Positions 38,536 to 49,306 of a stretch of DNA of 64,000 bases are shown here, one piece after another; positions within the stretch are counted from its first letter, which is position 1; each line of letters starts with the position of its first letter. The notes below the pieces were generated by a model. The model was not told where the DNA came from. It made no database searches and saw only the letters and a list, made by a program, of their open reading frames with translations. Both the position numbers and the translations under genes were made by a program. Where the stretch lies: the NCBI GenBank assembly GCA_050012255.1, contig JBEKHN010000008.1:1-64000 (forward strand), given 5' to 3'. This DNA is from Candidatus Bathyarchaeia archaeon. GTDB taxonomy: Archaea; Thermoproteota; Bathyarchaeia; Bathyarchaeales; Bathycorpusculaceae.

Positions 38536-39360
38536 GTGTCAGTATTAATTGCTTTCTGTCTAGCATTTAGTGTTGTTCCAGGGCCTGAGTTGATAGTGTT
38601 ATGTTTCTTCATTTACGCTGCGTACAACAAGTGGAGTCGCCGTTTTGTAAAAGACTGGTTTCCGTTTGTGTCGTTGTTCTTAAGTTATGAAGCCATGAAT
38701 GGGGTGGTTGGTAGCCTTGGGCGGATTGTGCACGTTAGCGAGCCTATAAATGTTGATTTGCGATTGTTCGGTTCGATCCCGACTCTTGTGCTTCAACAGT
38801 TTTACAGGTTTCCCCTTTTGGACTATCTCGCTGCCTCTTTTTATTCTTTGCATTTTATAGCACCAACAGTCTTCGGCTTTTTGTTGTGGAAGTATCGTCC
38901 CGAAAACTATAGGAAATACGTCCTGGCCCTTGCGATCGGCACCTACAGCGCCTTGGTAACATTTCTGTTGTATCCAGTCGCGCCTCCATGGTTTGGGGCT
39001 GGAGCGACGCGAGTCCTGTTGCAAGTGGATCAACACCTAGGGATCCCCTTCTATCACACCCTTTTCGACCTTGTTCAGTCAAATCCATTTGCCGCGTTTC
39101 CGAGTCTTCACGCAATGTACCCTTGGGTGATTTCACTCTTCGCATTAAAAATGAAGAAGACAAAAGCGTTACCGATACTCCTGTTTCCAATTGGGGTTTG
39201 GTTTAGCGCAGTTTATCTCGGGGAGCATTACGTTATAGACGTAATAGGCGGAGTCATCTATGGCACGTGCGCTTTCTTTTTGGCGGAGAAACTTGTTCCC
39301 CTTTTCCTGCGACATGCTCGCCAACGAGGAAAAGTTTTCAAACCTGAAGCCCCTTCGTGA
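38536..39360 (+). CDS. PAP2/AUR1-like membrane phosphoesterase
   Basis: PVAPPW, AAFPSLH, YLGEHYVIDVIGG. Confidence 0.85.
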   Translation: MSVLIAFCLAFSVVPGPELIVLCFFIYAAYNKWSRRFVKDWFPFVSLFLSYEAMNGVVGSLGRIVHVSEPINVDLRLFGSIPTLVLQQFYRFPLLDYLAASFYSLHFIAPTVFGFLLWKYRPENYRKYVLALAIGTYSALVTFLLYPVAPPWFGAGATRVLLQVDQHLGIPFYHTLFDLVQSNPFAAFPSLHAMYPWVISLFALKMKKTKALPILLFPIGVWFSAVYLGEHYVIDVIGGVIYGTCAFFLAEKLVPLFLRHARQRGKVFKPEAPS

Positions 39361-39522
39361 TTCGTGAACCTTGAAAGTGACATGAGTTGTCCAAGGGCGG
39401 AATAAGAGTCTAGTACTCCGGTTTCATCGTATTTGTGCGCGCTAGCTGTTCCTAAATTCTTTCGGGAAGTAGCTTGCTTTACTCATTTTGCTCTTCAACC
39501 ATATTTTGGTCATATAGCATAC

Positions 39523-39637
39523 CCCGGGGGGAGGGTGTGAGCACGCAAACACTCACTCGAACCGTGACAGTAACCATCGACCGTCGGAAAACGCCATGCC
39601 TCCCTCTTGAACAGAATTTAGGAACAGGCATACGCGC
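39523..39637. repeat. Dispersed ~115-bp repeat, copy 2
   Basis: Matches 1-115. Confidence 0.85.
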
Positions 39638-39639
39638 TA

Positions 39640-40185
39640 TTTTCATCTTGCTTTTCCTTTTTGGCGGTCAAGCGACCAGAGGAGAGTACCAGGCAGTTGC
39701 AACTTTTGCAGGTATAGCCGGATACTCATCGTTTCTAGCATTTGCTCTTTACCTAAAACTGCTCGCTAGTAACAGCTTAGAAGACGTTGCCTCGTCGTTC
39801 AAGACAGTGTTGATGTTTGCAATACCAATGGCAACTATAACCATGATCATGTCAGAATCACTCTTGACCATACTCAACGTATTTCACAGGACACACCCTC
39901 ACCCGCGTGCGCATAGCAACTTTCCTTTGACTAGCGATCACGCGTAAGTCGGCTAGATTAGGTGTTTCCTTGGAAAAGCATAGAAGAATACCTCTTTGCT
40001 TCAGCAGTCGCCGCGACTGTGCTCTACGTTCTTCCACATCCAACAACGATTCTCTTGATGTCGCTAAGGTAGCTGTCGGAGTGGCAATCTATGCTGCCTT
40101 GTTGTTATCGATTGATGCAGGGGGAAGAGAATCGGTTGCTCTAATATAGAATGAAATCAAGCATATCTTGGTCCGCGCTTCCTCA
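39640..40185 (+). pseudogene. Fragments of a multi-TM (flippase-like) membrane protein
   Basis: FLAFALYLKLLA...VLMFAIPMA hydrophobic fragments, broken frame. Confidence 0.45.
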
Positions 40186-40355
40186 GAGCCGCAGAAGGGA
40201 GTTGTTAAATTGAGCGTTGATTGTGTGAGAGTCACTAGGACCATTGTGACAGCAGCGATTTCTCCGCGGATCTACTATTTTTGATGAAAAAAGCAACAAT
40301 TCTTTGATTACCTTGATTCTACTAGAGCTATTGAACCATATTGTGGATTGTACTC

Positions 40356-40817
40356 TTAGTATTCGAAGGTGAGGTACAGAAGAACGGCTAGTGCAAGACA
40401 TGTGAACAAGTCTGGCAGCATGGCAAACGGGCCGAGACCAAAAGGATAGAAACCAAAAGCCCGGTGTAGCAAAGGAAAGGAGACGAAGGCATGCAGAAGA
40501 AGGACTGCTGAAAATATCATTAGCCCTATTGTGAACTCCGACCGCGTCCTTCTGTATATACTAAGGTACATGAGCAATAGGACGATTGAAAGCGTCACAT
40601 TGACCGCGGAAACTACTGTTTCCACTGTATAGAAAAGCTCTATGTCGCCACGAATGTTGCCAGGAGGAGGCTGTGGGTGAGGTTCAAAAGGATAACGCGG
40701 AGACCAAAAGACAGAAGCAGCCCATAGTGCTGCCCATATCGCTACCACTACTACTACCACTATCAGCGTTGTCAGTATTAACCAATTTCTACCGTTTTTG
40801 TTCATGCGATTCTTCAT
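40356..40817 (-). CDS. Four-TM membrane protein paired with wHTH regulator
   Basis: YRRTRSEFTIGLMIF; adjacent to ArsR-like gene. Confidence 0.75.
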   Translation of the reverse strand: MKNRMNKNGRNWLILTTLIVVVVVVAIWAALWAASVFWSPRYPFEPHPQPPPGNIRGDIELFYTVETVVSAVNVTLSIVLLLMYLSIYRRTRSEFTIGLMIFSAVLLLHAFVSFPLLHRAFGFYPFGLGPFAMLPDLFTCLALAVLLYLTFEY

Positions 40818-40834
40818 TTGTTTTGCCCCCTTTT

Positions 40835-41155
40835 CTACTTTTTCCAGATTTTCTTCAAAATCTCCTCGAACAAAGCGTAATTCTCTTCCATCGGTGGAGA
40901 CAAGAAATATGTGATGCCGTACCCCTCTCCAGCCGACGTGATTATTCTGTTTTTCTCAAGCACTTCGAGATGATGCCTAATTGTCCTATAATCCATTCCA
41001 AGCTTGTTTGCCAACTGATTTGCATTTTGCGGAGTCTCATTCAAGGTCTGGATTATTCTGGCGCGGGTCACCCCGCCTCTGGTGCCTGCGATTAGCCATC
41101 CGAGTAAATACTTGAACGGGCGCGCACTAGCAGACATCCACACCGCTCCGCACAC
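40835..41155 (-). CDS. ArsR-like winged HTH regulator
   Basis: GTRGGVTRARII, NANQLA..LGMDYRTIRHHLEVL. Confidence 0.85.
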   Translation of the reverse strand: MCGAVWMSASARPFKYLLGWLIAGTRGGVTRARIIQTLNETPQNANQLANKLGMDYRTIRHHLEVLEKNRIITSAGEGYGITYFLSPPMEENYALFEEILKKIWKK

Positions 41156-41256
41156 ATCAAGGAGTTTTTCGCTAAACCTATTTGAACTAAGGTAATAAAT
41201 ATGTCCCTAAGTCCTTGTCGTCAGATCTGCGGGAGCTTAAGGTCAGATTAGGGCTG

Positions 41257-41290
41257 GAATTGGGTAAAATTCTGAAAAACGCCTTAATAA
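41257..41290 (+). promoter_or_regulatory. Conserved operator + BRE/TATA, copy 2
   Basis: GAATTGGGTAAAATTCTGAAAAACGCCTTAATAA. Confidence 0.65.
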
Positions 41291-42161
41291 TTCGTAGACC
41301 ATGACCAGTTTGGAGGTTGAGAAGAAGTCTGCAAAACCTATTCTTCGAGAAGGACTCGTGAAGGCCCAGAAAAGCTGAATATCATTTTTCCCTCCTTCCT
41401 TTCTCCTTTCAGCCTATCTGGACCTTAGCGAGAACCGAAGAAGAAGAACAGACAAGAGAACCAGGAAGGGAGATGGCTGCATTGGACAAAAGTGGGATAT
41501 TAGCCTTGATGTCGGTGGCGACAATGACGGAAGTCGCAACATTCCATTCGACTTTCTTGAGGACAGGCGCCAGAGGAAAAGGTGTTGATTAAGATGGAAT
41601 CCGTGACTAAGAAATTCAAAAGCACAGTTGATGCTGAGAAACGCTTTATCCGGAAGGTTAGCAAGGAAGTTGCAAGGGCTGGCCAAGACGCAGCTCATGT
41701 GCTCAGAATCATGATTTTTCTGCATTCCGCCAAGGATTTTCCATCCGTCCTTAAACTTTATGGAATGGAGAACTCGGAGGACTGAATGAAGACGACGCAA
41801 AAAGGCGAGTCACTTTCTTGATGAAAGAATGATGTCTCAGATTCATGTACTGAATACTATCGTTTGGCAGAAGCTATTATGTTGAATCGTGGTTTATGGC
41901 TCTATGCAAATCATGCAGCTTGGCATCGTTGCGCCATTACACAAGCTACTCGCGCCAAATAAGCATCATAGCGTGAGTTGGGATTCTAACAAAAGGTTTG
42001 ATTTCGACAATGTTGCTATTAGTTTAAACGAGGCCAGTATGGAAGCAACACATGGGTTCTAAAGCCACCAAATCCAACGGTATAAAGAACTTTGATAACG
42101 ACTACGTCCTTCAGGTTCTGCCTGTGATGGCCGACAACAGCGCACATTCGAACTAGGGGCG

Positions 42162-42195
42162 GATTTGGGTATAATTCTGAAAAACGGTTTAATAA
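42162..42195 (+). promoter_or_regulatory. Conserved operator + BRE/TATA, copy 3
   Basis: GATTTGGGTATAATTCTGAAAAACGGTTTAATAA upstream of ABC operon. Confidence 0.65.
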
Positions 42196-42341
42196 CCCAC
42201 TGTGCTTGAGGAAACGTTGCGACAAAAGCGAGGAGATGGCAGCAGTGAAACAGTCTCAACACCTTAATCTCCGTCTGGGTGGAACGATGCCAAAATTGAC
42301 TGTTTGCCATCCCTCTTTTTTGGATCAGATACGGCGTTTTT

Positions 42342-43754
42342 GTGGCGGTGAACCATATGGGTGCCTTGACTAGAGCAGTTAGGAACTTGTCGAGAAGGAA
42401 AATGAGAGCGTTATTGGTGATCATTGCCTTGGGCTTTTCTTTGGCAATCATGGTTTCGATTCCTGCGGGCATCATTGCAAACCAGGCAGCCGCACAATCC
42501 ATGACCACGGATTTCAACAGTACAATGACCACTATGCAAGAACAAATCAACAAGACTGCCACGCTGATAGAGTGTCAGACTTCTGGACAAGGCATGTTCC
42601 CCGGTGGATCATCCGGATTTCCGTTCGAAGGGTCGAGGCAACAGCAAACCTATGTGAACGAATTCGTTGCCAATGGAATTCGTACCATTAGCGGCGTCAA
42701 GGACGTTGTGGAGTTCCTCACGGCATCGTCCACTGAGACGACTTCGGAAACCATAAGCGGACCTGGGGGAAGAGATTTCACGATTTCTAGGCCTGTCTAT
42801 ACGATTACGGGTGTTACCCTGAATTCCTCTTTCATCGACGACTATTCCATTTTGCCAACGAACATAACGGCGGGGAGGAACCTGCGCGAGGGAGACAGCG
42901 GGGTCGTTCTTTTGAGCTTGAACCTCACGGCCTATTTTGGAGTAGGAGTCGGTGGCAAGGTGGAAATCTACGGCAAGTCCTTTAAGGTGGTCGGGGTCTA
43001 TGACGCGTCGGGTCAGGGACTCATGGAAACAAGAAGTGCGTACATGAACATCACTGATGCACAGACGGCAACGGGCCTTACAGGGAACTTGACTAGGCTC
43101 GACGTGTACGCGGACGATGTTTCCGATGTGGATAGTATAACCACGGCGATAGGAGCAGCGTACACAAGTCTTCAGGTCACGACGTACAAGGACCGCTTGA
43201 GCCAGCTCGACAACATGCAGACCATGTACAACCAGACGTTGACGAATGCTCAGGCAACCCTCAGCCAGACGGACACGGTCGCAACCCAAGAAATCATGAT
43301 TGCAGTCGTGGCAACTAGCCTGATAGTCCTGTTCGTCATGTTGTATACTGTGCGTGAGAGGACCAAGGAGATCGGTACACTCAAGGCGATAGGCTTCAGC
43401 AACTGGAACATAATGAGCCAGTTTATGCTCGAAGGAATGCTACTGAGTCTCGTAGCCGGCGTCGTGGGCATAGCGATAGGAACCGTTGGAGCTCCTCTTC
43501 TGTCCGGGATTCTGCTTCCCCAAATAAGCCCGTTCGGTTCACGCGGCAACTCTCAGTTCCGTCTAGGAACTGCGAACGCCGGTAACTTTGGTAGCTTTGG
43601 AGTATTGGGCGCATCGACCGTCACGGTGACGCCTTCTCTCCAGACAATGATGATCGCGATCGGGGCGGCTGTGTTGCTAGGAGCCCTAGGCAGTCTGTAC
43701 CCGGCTTGGAGGGCGTCAAGAACAAGACCTGCAGAGGCGATGAGGTATGAGTGA
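42342..43754 (+). CDS. ABC permease, MacB/FtsX family
   Basis: RNLSRRKMRALL, ERTKEIGTLKAIG, YPAWRASR..PAEAMR. Confidence 0.9.
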   Translation: MAVNHMGALTRAVRNLSRRKMRALLVIIALGFSLAIMVSIPAGIIANQAAAQSMTTDFNSTMTTMQEQINKTATLIECQTSGQGMFPGGSSGFPFEGSRQQQTYVNEFVANGIRTISGVKDVVEFLTASSTETTSETISGPGGRDFTISRPVYTITGVTLNSSFIDDYSILPTNITAGRNLREGDSGVVLLSLNLTAYFGVGVGGKVEIYGKSFKVVGVYDASGQGLMETRSAYMNITDAQTATGLTGNLTRLDVYADDVSDVDSITTAIGAAYTSLQVTTYKDRLSQLDNMQTMYNQTLTNAQATLSQTDTVATQEIMIAVVATSLIVLFVMLYTVRERTKEIGTLKAIGFSNWNIMSQFMLEGMLLSLVAGVVGIAIGTVGAPLLSGILLPQISPFGSRGNSQFRLGTANAGNFGSFGVLGASTVTVTPSLQTMMIAIGAAVLLGALGSLYPAWRASRTRPAEAMRYE

Positions 43755-44529
43755 AGTCATTCTTAAAGCAGAAGGCCTGTCGAAAATCTACACCCTGAAC
43801 AAGCGCAAGATCCCCGCCCTTTCCAGCGTGAACCTTCAAGTGAACAAAGGTGAGTTTGTTGCGATCATGGGACCTTCTGGTTCAGGCAAGACAACACTGC
43901 TAAATGTTTTAGGCTGTCTTGACAAACCAACTAGTGGAAAAATGATCCTGGACGAAGTCGATGTCGCAAAACTGCCCGATAAACAACTCTGCAACATTAG
44001 AAGGAACAAAATTGGGTTTATCTTCCAGACTTTCAACCTTCTGCCATACCTAAGCGCTGCCGAAAACGTGGAACTACCCATGGAATGCACTAGAAAATCT
44101 AAAACTGAAAGAAGAGAAAAAGCTCGCAAATTACTGGAACTAGTAGGACTGGGAGGAAGAGAAGAACACAGGCCACAGCGGTTGAGCGCTGGCGAGCAGC
44201 AAAGGGTGGCGATAGCACGGGCTCTGGCAAATGATCCAGCCATAATTCTGGCTGATGAACCCACTGGAAATCTGGACACAAAAAACAAGTATGAAATTGT
44301 TAGATTACTCGCAAACCTGAACATTAATCGAGGAACCACGATCATAATGGTAACACATGATAGTCAAGTGGCGTCACACACTGAGAGAATGCTCCTTCTA
44401 CAGGATGGAAGAATCACAAAGGAAAAGCAGGGGCTTCATCTAGTAAGGAAGAAGCTCATGTGTCCACACTGTGGGAGCAAGATTCAGCCCGAAGACGAAA
44501 GATGTCCCAATTGCAGAAAAAGACTATGA
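43747..44529 (+). CDS. ABC ATP-binding protein (LolD/MacB-like) with C-terminal Zn ribbon
   Basis: GPSGSGKT, LSAGEQQR, ADEPTGNLD, CPHC..CPNC. Confidence 0.92.
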   Translation: MSEVILKAEGLSKIYTLNKRKIPALSSVNLQVNKGEFVAIMGPSGSGKTTLLNVLGCLDKPTSGKMILDEVDVAKLPDKQLCNIRRNKIGFIFQTFNLLPYLSAAENVELPMECTRKSKTERREKARKLLELVGLGGREEHRPQRLSAGEQQRVAIARALANDPAIILADEPTGNLDTKNKYEIVRLLANLNINRGTTIIMVTHDSQVASHTERMLLLQDGRITKEKQGLHLVRKKLMCPHCGSKIQPEDERCPNCRKRL

Positions 44530-44548
44530 TGATTAAGGAGGATTGTAA

Positions 44549-45808
44549 TTGGAATTGCCTGAAAAACCAAAAGCCCCGCACTTATCCGCGGTTTTGATCG
44601 CGGCAGTCATCATAAGTTTGTTGATAGGAGGAATATTCGGCTATGGCATGAGCAGCTTGACCACTTCAAGCCAAATCAGCAGCCTGCAAAGCGAAGTGTC
44701 AACTCTTAAAAAACAGGTTACGGACCTCCAGTCGACACAAGGCTCATCCTCCGACAGCGACACCTACCAGAACAACACTTATCTTCTAGGAGACAATGTT
44801 TCGCTGTCTCAATTGTACAAGCAGGTCAAAGACTCTGTCGTCATGGTTCAAGGAATATTAGTACAATACGACTTTTTCGGTAATTCCTACTACTCAGGGG
44901 TTGAGGGCTCAGGCTTTGTCTCCAACTTGACTGGGCAATTTGTCATCATCACAAACTACCACGTTGTCCAAAGCGCAATCAACGTAACCGTAACGTTCAC
45001 TGACGGAGACACTTACGCAGCTAACGTAACCGGTACAGATCCTTACGCGGATCTTGCGGTGCTTACAGCAAAGGCGCCACAGTACGAATACAAGCCCCTC
45101 GGAATCGCGAGTTCATCAACCTTGAAGGTTGGCGACCCCGTGTTCGCTGTCGGCAATCCCCTGGGATACACTGGATCAATGACTTCGGGAATAGTCAGCG
45201 CCCTGGGCAGGACAGTCTCGGTGTCCTGGTCCAGCTATGATATAGCTGATTGCATACAGACGACGACGCCCATAAACCCGGGTAACTCTGGAGGACCACT
45301 TCTGAACTACGAAGGTGAAGTCGTCGGCATAACCTCTTATGTCGCAGTCACTTCACAAGGAGTAGCTGCTCAAGGGTTGGGGCTAGCAATCCCTTCGAGC
45401 ACGATACTGCGAGAAACAGAATCTCTGATTACAACCAGTTCATATAACAGTCACCCTTGGTTAGGAACATCCGGAACAAGCATGGACTATGCAATTGCAC
45501 AAGCGATGAACACAAACGTAACCTACGGTGTGCTAATCACCCAGGTCACAAGCGGAGGACCAGCGGACAAAGCTGGTCTCCGAGTCGGCGCAACCCGATT
45601 CTTGGACCCTGCTTCCGGAACGTCGGTGACAATAGGAGGAGACATCGTGATAGTAATCAACGACACAAGAATCAAGAACACGGACGATCTCTCTACTTAC
45701 TTGGAAGAGTCAACTTCACCAGGCCAAACGATCAGTATAGTGCTGGTAAGAAACGACGAGAATCTAACTTTGTCGCTGACGCTAGGAGTGCGACCGCCAC
45801 CAACATAA
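44549..45808 (+). CDS. HtrA/DegP serine protease with PDZ domain
   Basis: TNYHV, DLAVL, INPGNSGGPL, PDZ. Confidence 0.92.
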   Translation: MELPEKPKAPHLSAVLIAAVIISLLIGGIFGYGMSSLTTSSQISSLQSEVSTLKKQVTDLQSTQGSSSDSDTYQNNTYLLGDNVSLSQLYKQVKDSVVMVQGILVQYDFFGNSYYSGVEGSGFVSNLTGQFVIITNYHVVQSAINVTVTFTDGDTYAANVTGTDPYADLAVLTAKAPQYEYKPLGIASSSTLKVGDPVFAVGNPLGYTGSMTSGIVSALGRTVSVSWSSYDIADCIQTTTPINPGNSGGPLLNYEGEVVGITSYVAVTSQGVAAQGLGLAIPSSTILRETESLITTSSYNSHPWLGTSGTSMDYAIAQAMNTNVTYGVLITQVTSGGPADKAGLRVGATRFLDPASGTSVTIGGDIVIVINDTRIKNTDDLSTYLEESTSPGQTISIVLVRNDENLTLSLTLGVRPPPT

Positions 45809-45818
45809 GTGCGAGCGA

Positions 45819-46061
45819 GTGATCATGATGAACAGGAAATATGAACACAGTGCATACTGTGGCCATTGCGAGCGCTGGATCGCGAAAACAGCTTTGGCAT
45901 TTGATAGTGCAAGTCGTGAAATGTGCCCTTACTGTCACAATCGAGTGCGATTAAAACGACACCCTCATGACCTTCCTAAGAGGTCGTGTTTAACGTCTGA
46001 TAAGGTGGCAGAGGATTCGAAGACTGGCGCTTCTCATACTTCCAGAACCATCAACAGTTGA
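45819..46061 (+). CDS. Small Zn-ribbon protein
   Basis: CGHC...CPYC. Confidence 0.45.
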   Translation: MIMMNRKYEHSAYCGHCERWIAKTALAFDSASREMCPYCHNRVRLKRHPHDLPKRSCLTSDKVAEDSKTGASHTSRTINS

Positions 46062-46125
46062 GCTTAGGCAGCAAGATTTCGATCCTCACCTTATTTTGTC
46101 ATTGTGAAGTGCCAATCATTATTCG

Positions 46126-46647
46126 ATGTCAATTAACGAGCAGAAACTGAGGAAAAAAGAAAAAGAGGGTCATACTCAGATCGCCCGGGGGCGGTGGATG
46201 AAGATATTGAACACTCCTCTACGTAGACTTGACGGAATGACTTATTGGGTTATTGAAGACCCTGATGGTATACGCGATTATATCAACGAAGAAATTCGGA
46301 AGGAATGGGAAACAGATGCTAGGCATGAACATCGTGAACCAGAGAACGACCCCTGGCTCAAGACCCTGTCGAAGCGCAAATGGAGCCTACAGATCACAGA
46401 CATGAAACGGATAAGGTTGAACCCTAACATAATGAACTATGTCGATCCACAGAGAGGATATGTCTTCTCAGAGAGACTTGCGGAGAGAAGTAGAGAGCTT
46501 CAAGAATCTATAAGGATTGGTGGTTCAGTCATCTGGCCCCTAATCGTCAGAAAAAAGGACATGCAGCTCGTCGATGGTTACTGTCGCTATTCCACGCTTA
46601 GAGCGATGGGTAAATCAAGGACTTACGTATATGTTGGGACCTTATAG
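46126..46647 (+). CDS. ParB/Srx-like domain protein
   Basis: WPLIV...LVDGYCRYSTL. Confidence 0.55.
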   Translation: MSINEQKLRKKEKEGHTQIARGRWMKILNTPLRRLDGMTYWVIEDPDGIRDYINEEIRKEWETDARHEHREPENDPWLKTLSKRKWSLQITDMKRIRLNPNIMNYVDPQRGYVFSERLAERSRELQESIRIGGSVIWPLIVRKKDMQLVDGYCRYSTLRAMGKSRTYVYVGTL

Positions 46648-46733
46648 TCTTGTTGCCCCGTTACGTGCTTAACTCGTGCGCGTCACGGAAATCTTTTAAT
46701 GCACTTCCCGTAGACCAGTATCGAGTAGAATGC

Positions 46734-47582
46734 ATGAAAGCCTTCATTTCAGTCGATCTGGAAGGTATGCCTTACATTGTGATTCCGGGCCATTTGACTC
46801 TGAAAGGAGCGCTCTATGATGAAGCAAGGAAGATCGCCACGAAAGTGACGATGGCAGTGGCAGACGAGCTGAACAAGAACGGCTTTGAAAGTGTCACCGT
46901 GGCTGACAGTCATGGACCTATGGTCAACATTTTCGTCGACGACCTACCCGAATACGTTGAGATAATCAGAGGTTTTCCTCGGCCCCTGAGCATGGTTGCA
47001 GGAGTAGAGGGATGTGACGTTGCACTTTTTCTTGGGTACCACGCGAAATTCGGAACTGCAAAATCGACATTCGACCACACCTACAGCGGTGCAAGCATTC
47101 GCAGCGTGGAAGTGAACGGTGTTCAAGCAAGCGAATTTCTTCTAAATGGTTACGTGGCGGGGGAATTGAAGGTGCCTGTAGCACTAGTTGCAGGTGAGGC
47201 TCAGCTTCTGAAGGATGATGTTAAACCGTACGCTCCATGGATTGAAACCGTAGCTCTGAAGCAGTCTTTGAGCCGACTTTCGGCTAAGAGCCCAAGCATG
47301 AAAAAAATCGAGACAGAGCTGAGAAGCGCCGTCAGGAAAGCGACGGTCAACTTCAAAAAGGGCAAAACCAGGCTGCTCAGGATAAGAAAACCAGTGAGGA
47401 TCGAACTGACTTTCTTGCAGAGTCAGTTTGCCGATGTTGCTGAGCTATTGCCGGCGGTCGAAAGAGTCGACGGGTTGAAAGTTGAGTACTCTGCCAACAC
47501 CATGGTTGAAGCGTACGAAACCTTTGAATTGTTAGTTCTCGCGGCAAGCGGCATGACAGCCCTTCTTGAAGGTTTACGATAG
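46734..47582 (+). CDS. dppA: D-aminopeptidase, peptidase M55
   Basis: FISVDLEG, ADSHG, GYHA, DHTY. Confidence 0.88.
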   Translation: MKAFISVDLEGMPYIVIPGHLTLKGALYDEARKIATKVTMAVADELNKNGFESVTVADSHGPMVNIFVDDLPEYVEIIRGFPRPLSMVAGVEGCDVALFLGYHAKFGTAKSTFDHTYSGASIRSVEVNGVQASEFLLNGYVAGELKVPVALVAGEAQLLKDDVKPYAPWIETVALKQSLSRLSAKSPSMKKIETELRSAVRKATVNFKKGKTRLLRIRKPVRIELTFLQSQFADVAELLPAVERVDGLKVEYSANTMVEAYETFELLVLAASGMTALLEGLR

Positions 47583-47691
47583 TACATAGCTCGGAAAGAC
47601 TCAAGAAAAACCGAGAACGACTGTATTCTATGCCCGAGTCTACCTTTGAAGGCACCGCCAGGTAGAAAGCGCGGGCTAAGTTGCGACAATA

Positions 47692-48468
47692 ATGAGTTAC
47701 TGGACCGAGAAATTGTTCATTGCACGTTCTCATCTATTCATGAAACTTCTAAACCAAAGGCCCAAGACTGACCAGCTTGTCGATGGAATGATTAGGTTGA
47801 TGCGAAAACATGAAACCTTTTCTGGACTGCTAGATCTATGTTGTGGGAACGATCGGGTTTCGATCTGCATGGCCAAGAAAGGGTTCAAATCAGTCGAAGT
47901 AGATATCTCGAAAGCATTTTTGGAAGACGTCAAAAGAAAAGCTGAAGAAAATGGTGTCTCCCACCTCGTCACCTATGCGGAAGGTGATGTGAGAAAACTG
48001 AAGCAGGTCTTGGGAAGAGTTCAGAAACCTTTCGATGTGGTCACAAACGCTTGGACATCCATCGGATACTATTCAGAATACGATGACATCAACATTTTCA
48101 GTCGAGCCCGGGAGCCTTCAAGAAAAAGCACAATACTATTCATTACAGAAACCGTGCACACGGAATATCTGTCAATCAAGTTCGCTCCTACCTCTTACTC
48201 AGAAAAGACAACATGGTAATGTTAGAAGAGAAAAAGAACGATAAGATAAGTGCACGTGCCAACAAGTCTTGGACCTTCTACCGAAAACGTGGCAAGAACC
48301 TGGAGTTCATCGACAGAGCCGACATCGAAAATCACGTGTACAGCCCGACTGAACTGTCATCGCTTCTCACGAAGGCCGGGTCGAACACTCTCGCGTTTTA
48401 TGGAAATCTCAACGTCAGCGCCGATGACCCCTCTGACACATCCCAACCTGGTTGCTGAAGCATTGTAA
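47692..48468 (+). pseudogene. Frameshifted class I methyltransferase
   Basis: LLDLCCGNDR degenerate motif I; continues in other frames at 48213 and ~48410. Confidence 0.75.
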
Positions 48469-48629
48469 CTCGACATCTCGCAGGACTTGTCTGCGAAACG
48501 CATTCCAATTTGCAAGCAATGATCTCTCGGTGCAAAATTGTATTTTGAATCCTTATCAGAAAATCACAAACCTTACTATTTTCGCCCAACACTGTTCTAC
48601 GAGAGTTCCAGAGCGCTGAGTGATAACAA

Positions 48630-49010
48630 TTGTCCTATGAAGACTTTCTGTACAGAAAGGCGGAGCAGAACGCCCACAGCGAAATCCTAGCCTTCTTGAT
48701 GATGACCCTTGGCATGAACTTGCTGATAGGGGGCCTCATCGTCACGATTATGGCTGTAGGGCAGCTGAATCTTTTTCCATTCATGCTTCAACAACCCCTA
48801 AGTCAATCGGCTACCCTAGGACTGATCCTGACCCTTTTTGGTTTTTCCATACTGTTGGCAGGGTTCATTCTGGTCATACATTACGACAGACAAAGGTCTT
48901 GGCACCTGAGTCAGATCGAAAAATCAACGAAACTGAAGAGCAGGAAGATCACCATCAGAACAGCCAATGAAATCTTTGAAGGACTAACTGAGGAAAAGGA
49001 AAGAAGTTAG
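48630..49010 (+). CDS. Two-TM membrane protein
   Basis: Hydrophobicity pattern. Confidence 0.65.
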   Translation: MSYEDFLYRKAEQNAHSEILAFLMMTLGMNLLIGGLIVTIMAVGQLNLFPFMLQQPLSQSATLGLILTLFGFSILLAGFILVIHYDRQRSWHLSQIEKSTKLKSRKITIRTANEIFEGLTEEKERS

Positions 49011-49093
49011 AGTTTGTGAGAGCCACGGTTGTTGCCAAACTGGCAGCCTTTTAGGTTTGGTCGTGGCATCTGCGCAAGGTGATATGCTTGCGT

Positions 49094-49306
49094 CTACTCT
49101 TCAACGGGTTCATTCCATCTTTCTATTAGCAGCCTCTTCTCTCCCTGCTTGAAAGCAACTCTGACAGGAATGGCGTCAGTTCCCCTCTTAGTCTTCTTGT
49201 ACTCTTTGAACGGAAACATACTGTCCTCAGCCAAGTCCACCGGTATGTATAGCAGGTACTTTCCGTCTTTCCTTCTGAAAAGGCGACCTTTTCCCTCACT
49301 GACCAT
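49094..49306 (-). CDS. Small hypothetical protein (swapped-hairpin-like)
   Basis: GAGGTGA RBS, YLLYIPVDLAEDSMFPF. Confidence 0.65.
   Translation of the reverse strand: MVSEGKGRLFRRKDGKYLLYIPVDLAEDSMFPFKEYKKTKRGTDAIPVRVAFKQGEKRLLIERWNEPVEE

Noticed and set aside
41300-42150. Short ORFs 41414-41800, 41582-41785 and 42019-42225
   Set aside because: Decayed-looking sequence with no recognisable family
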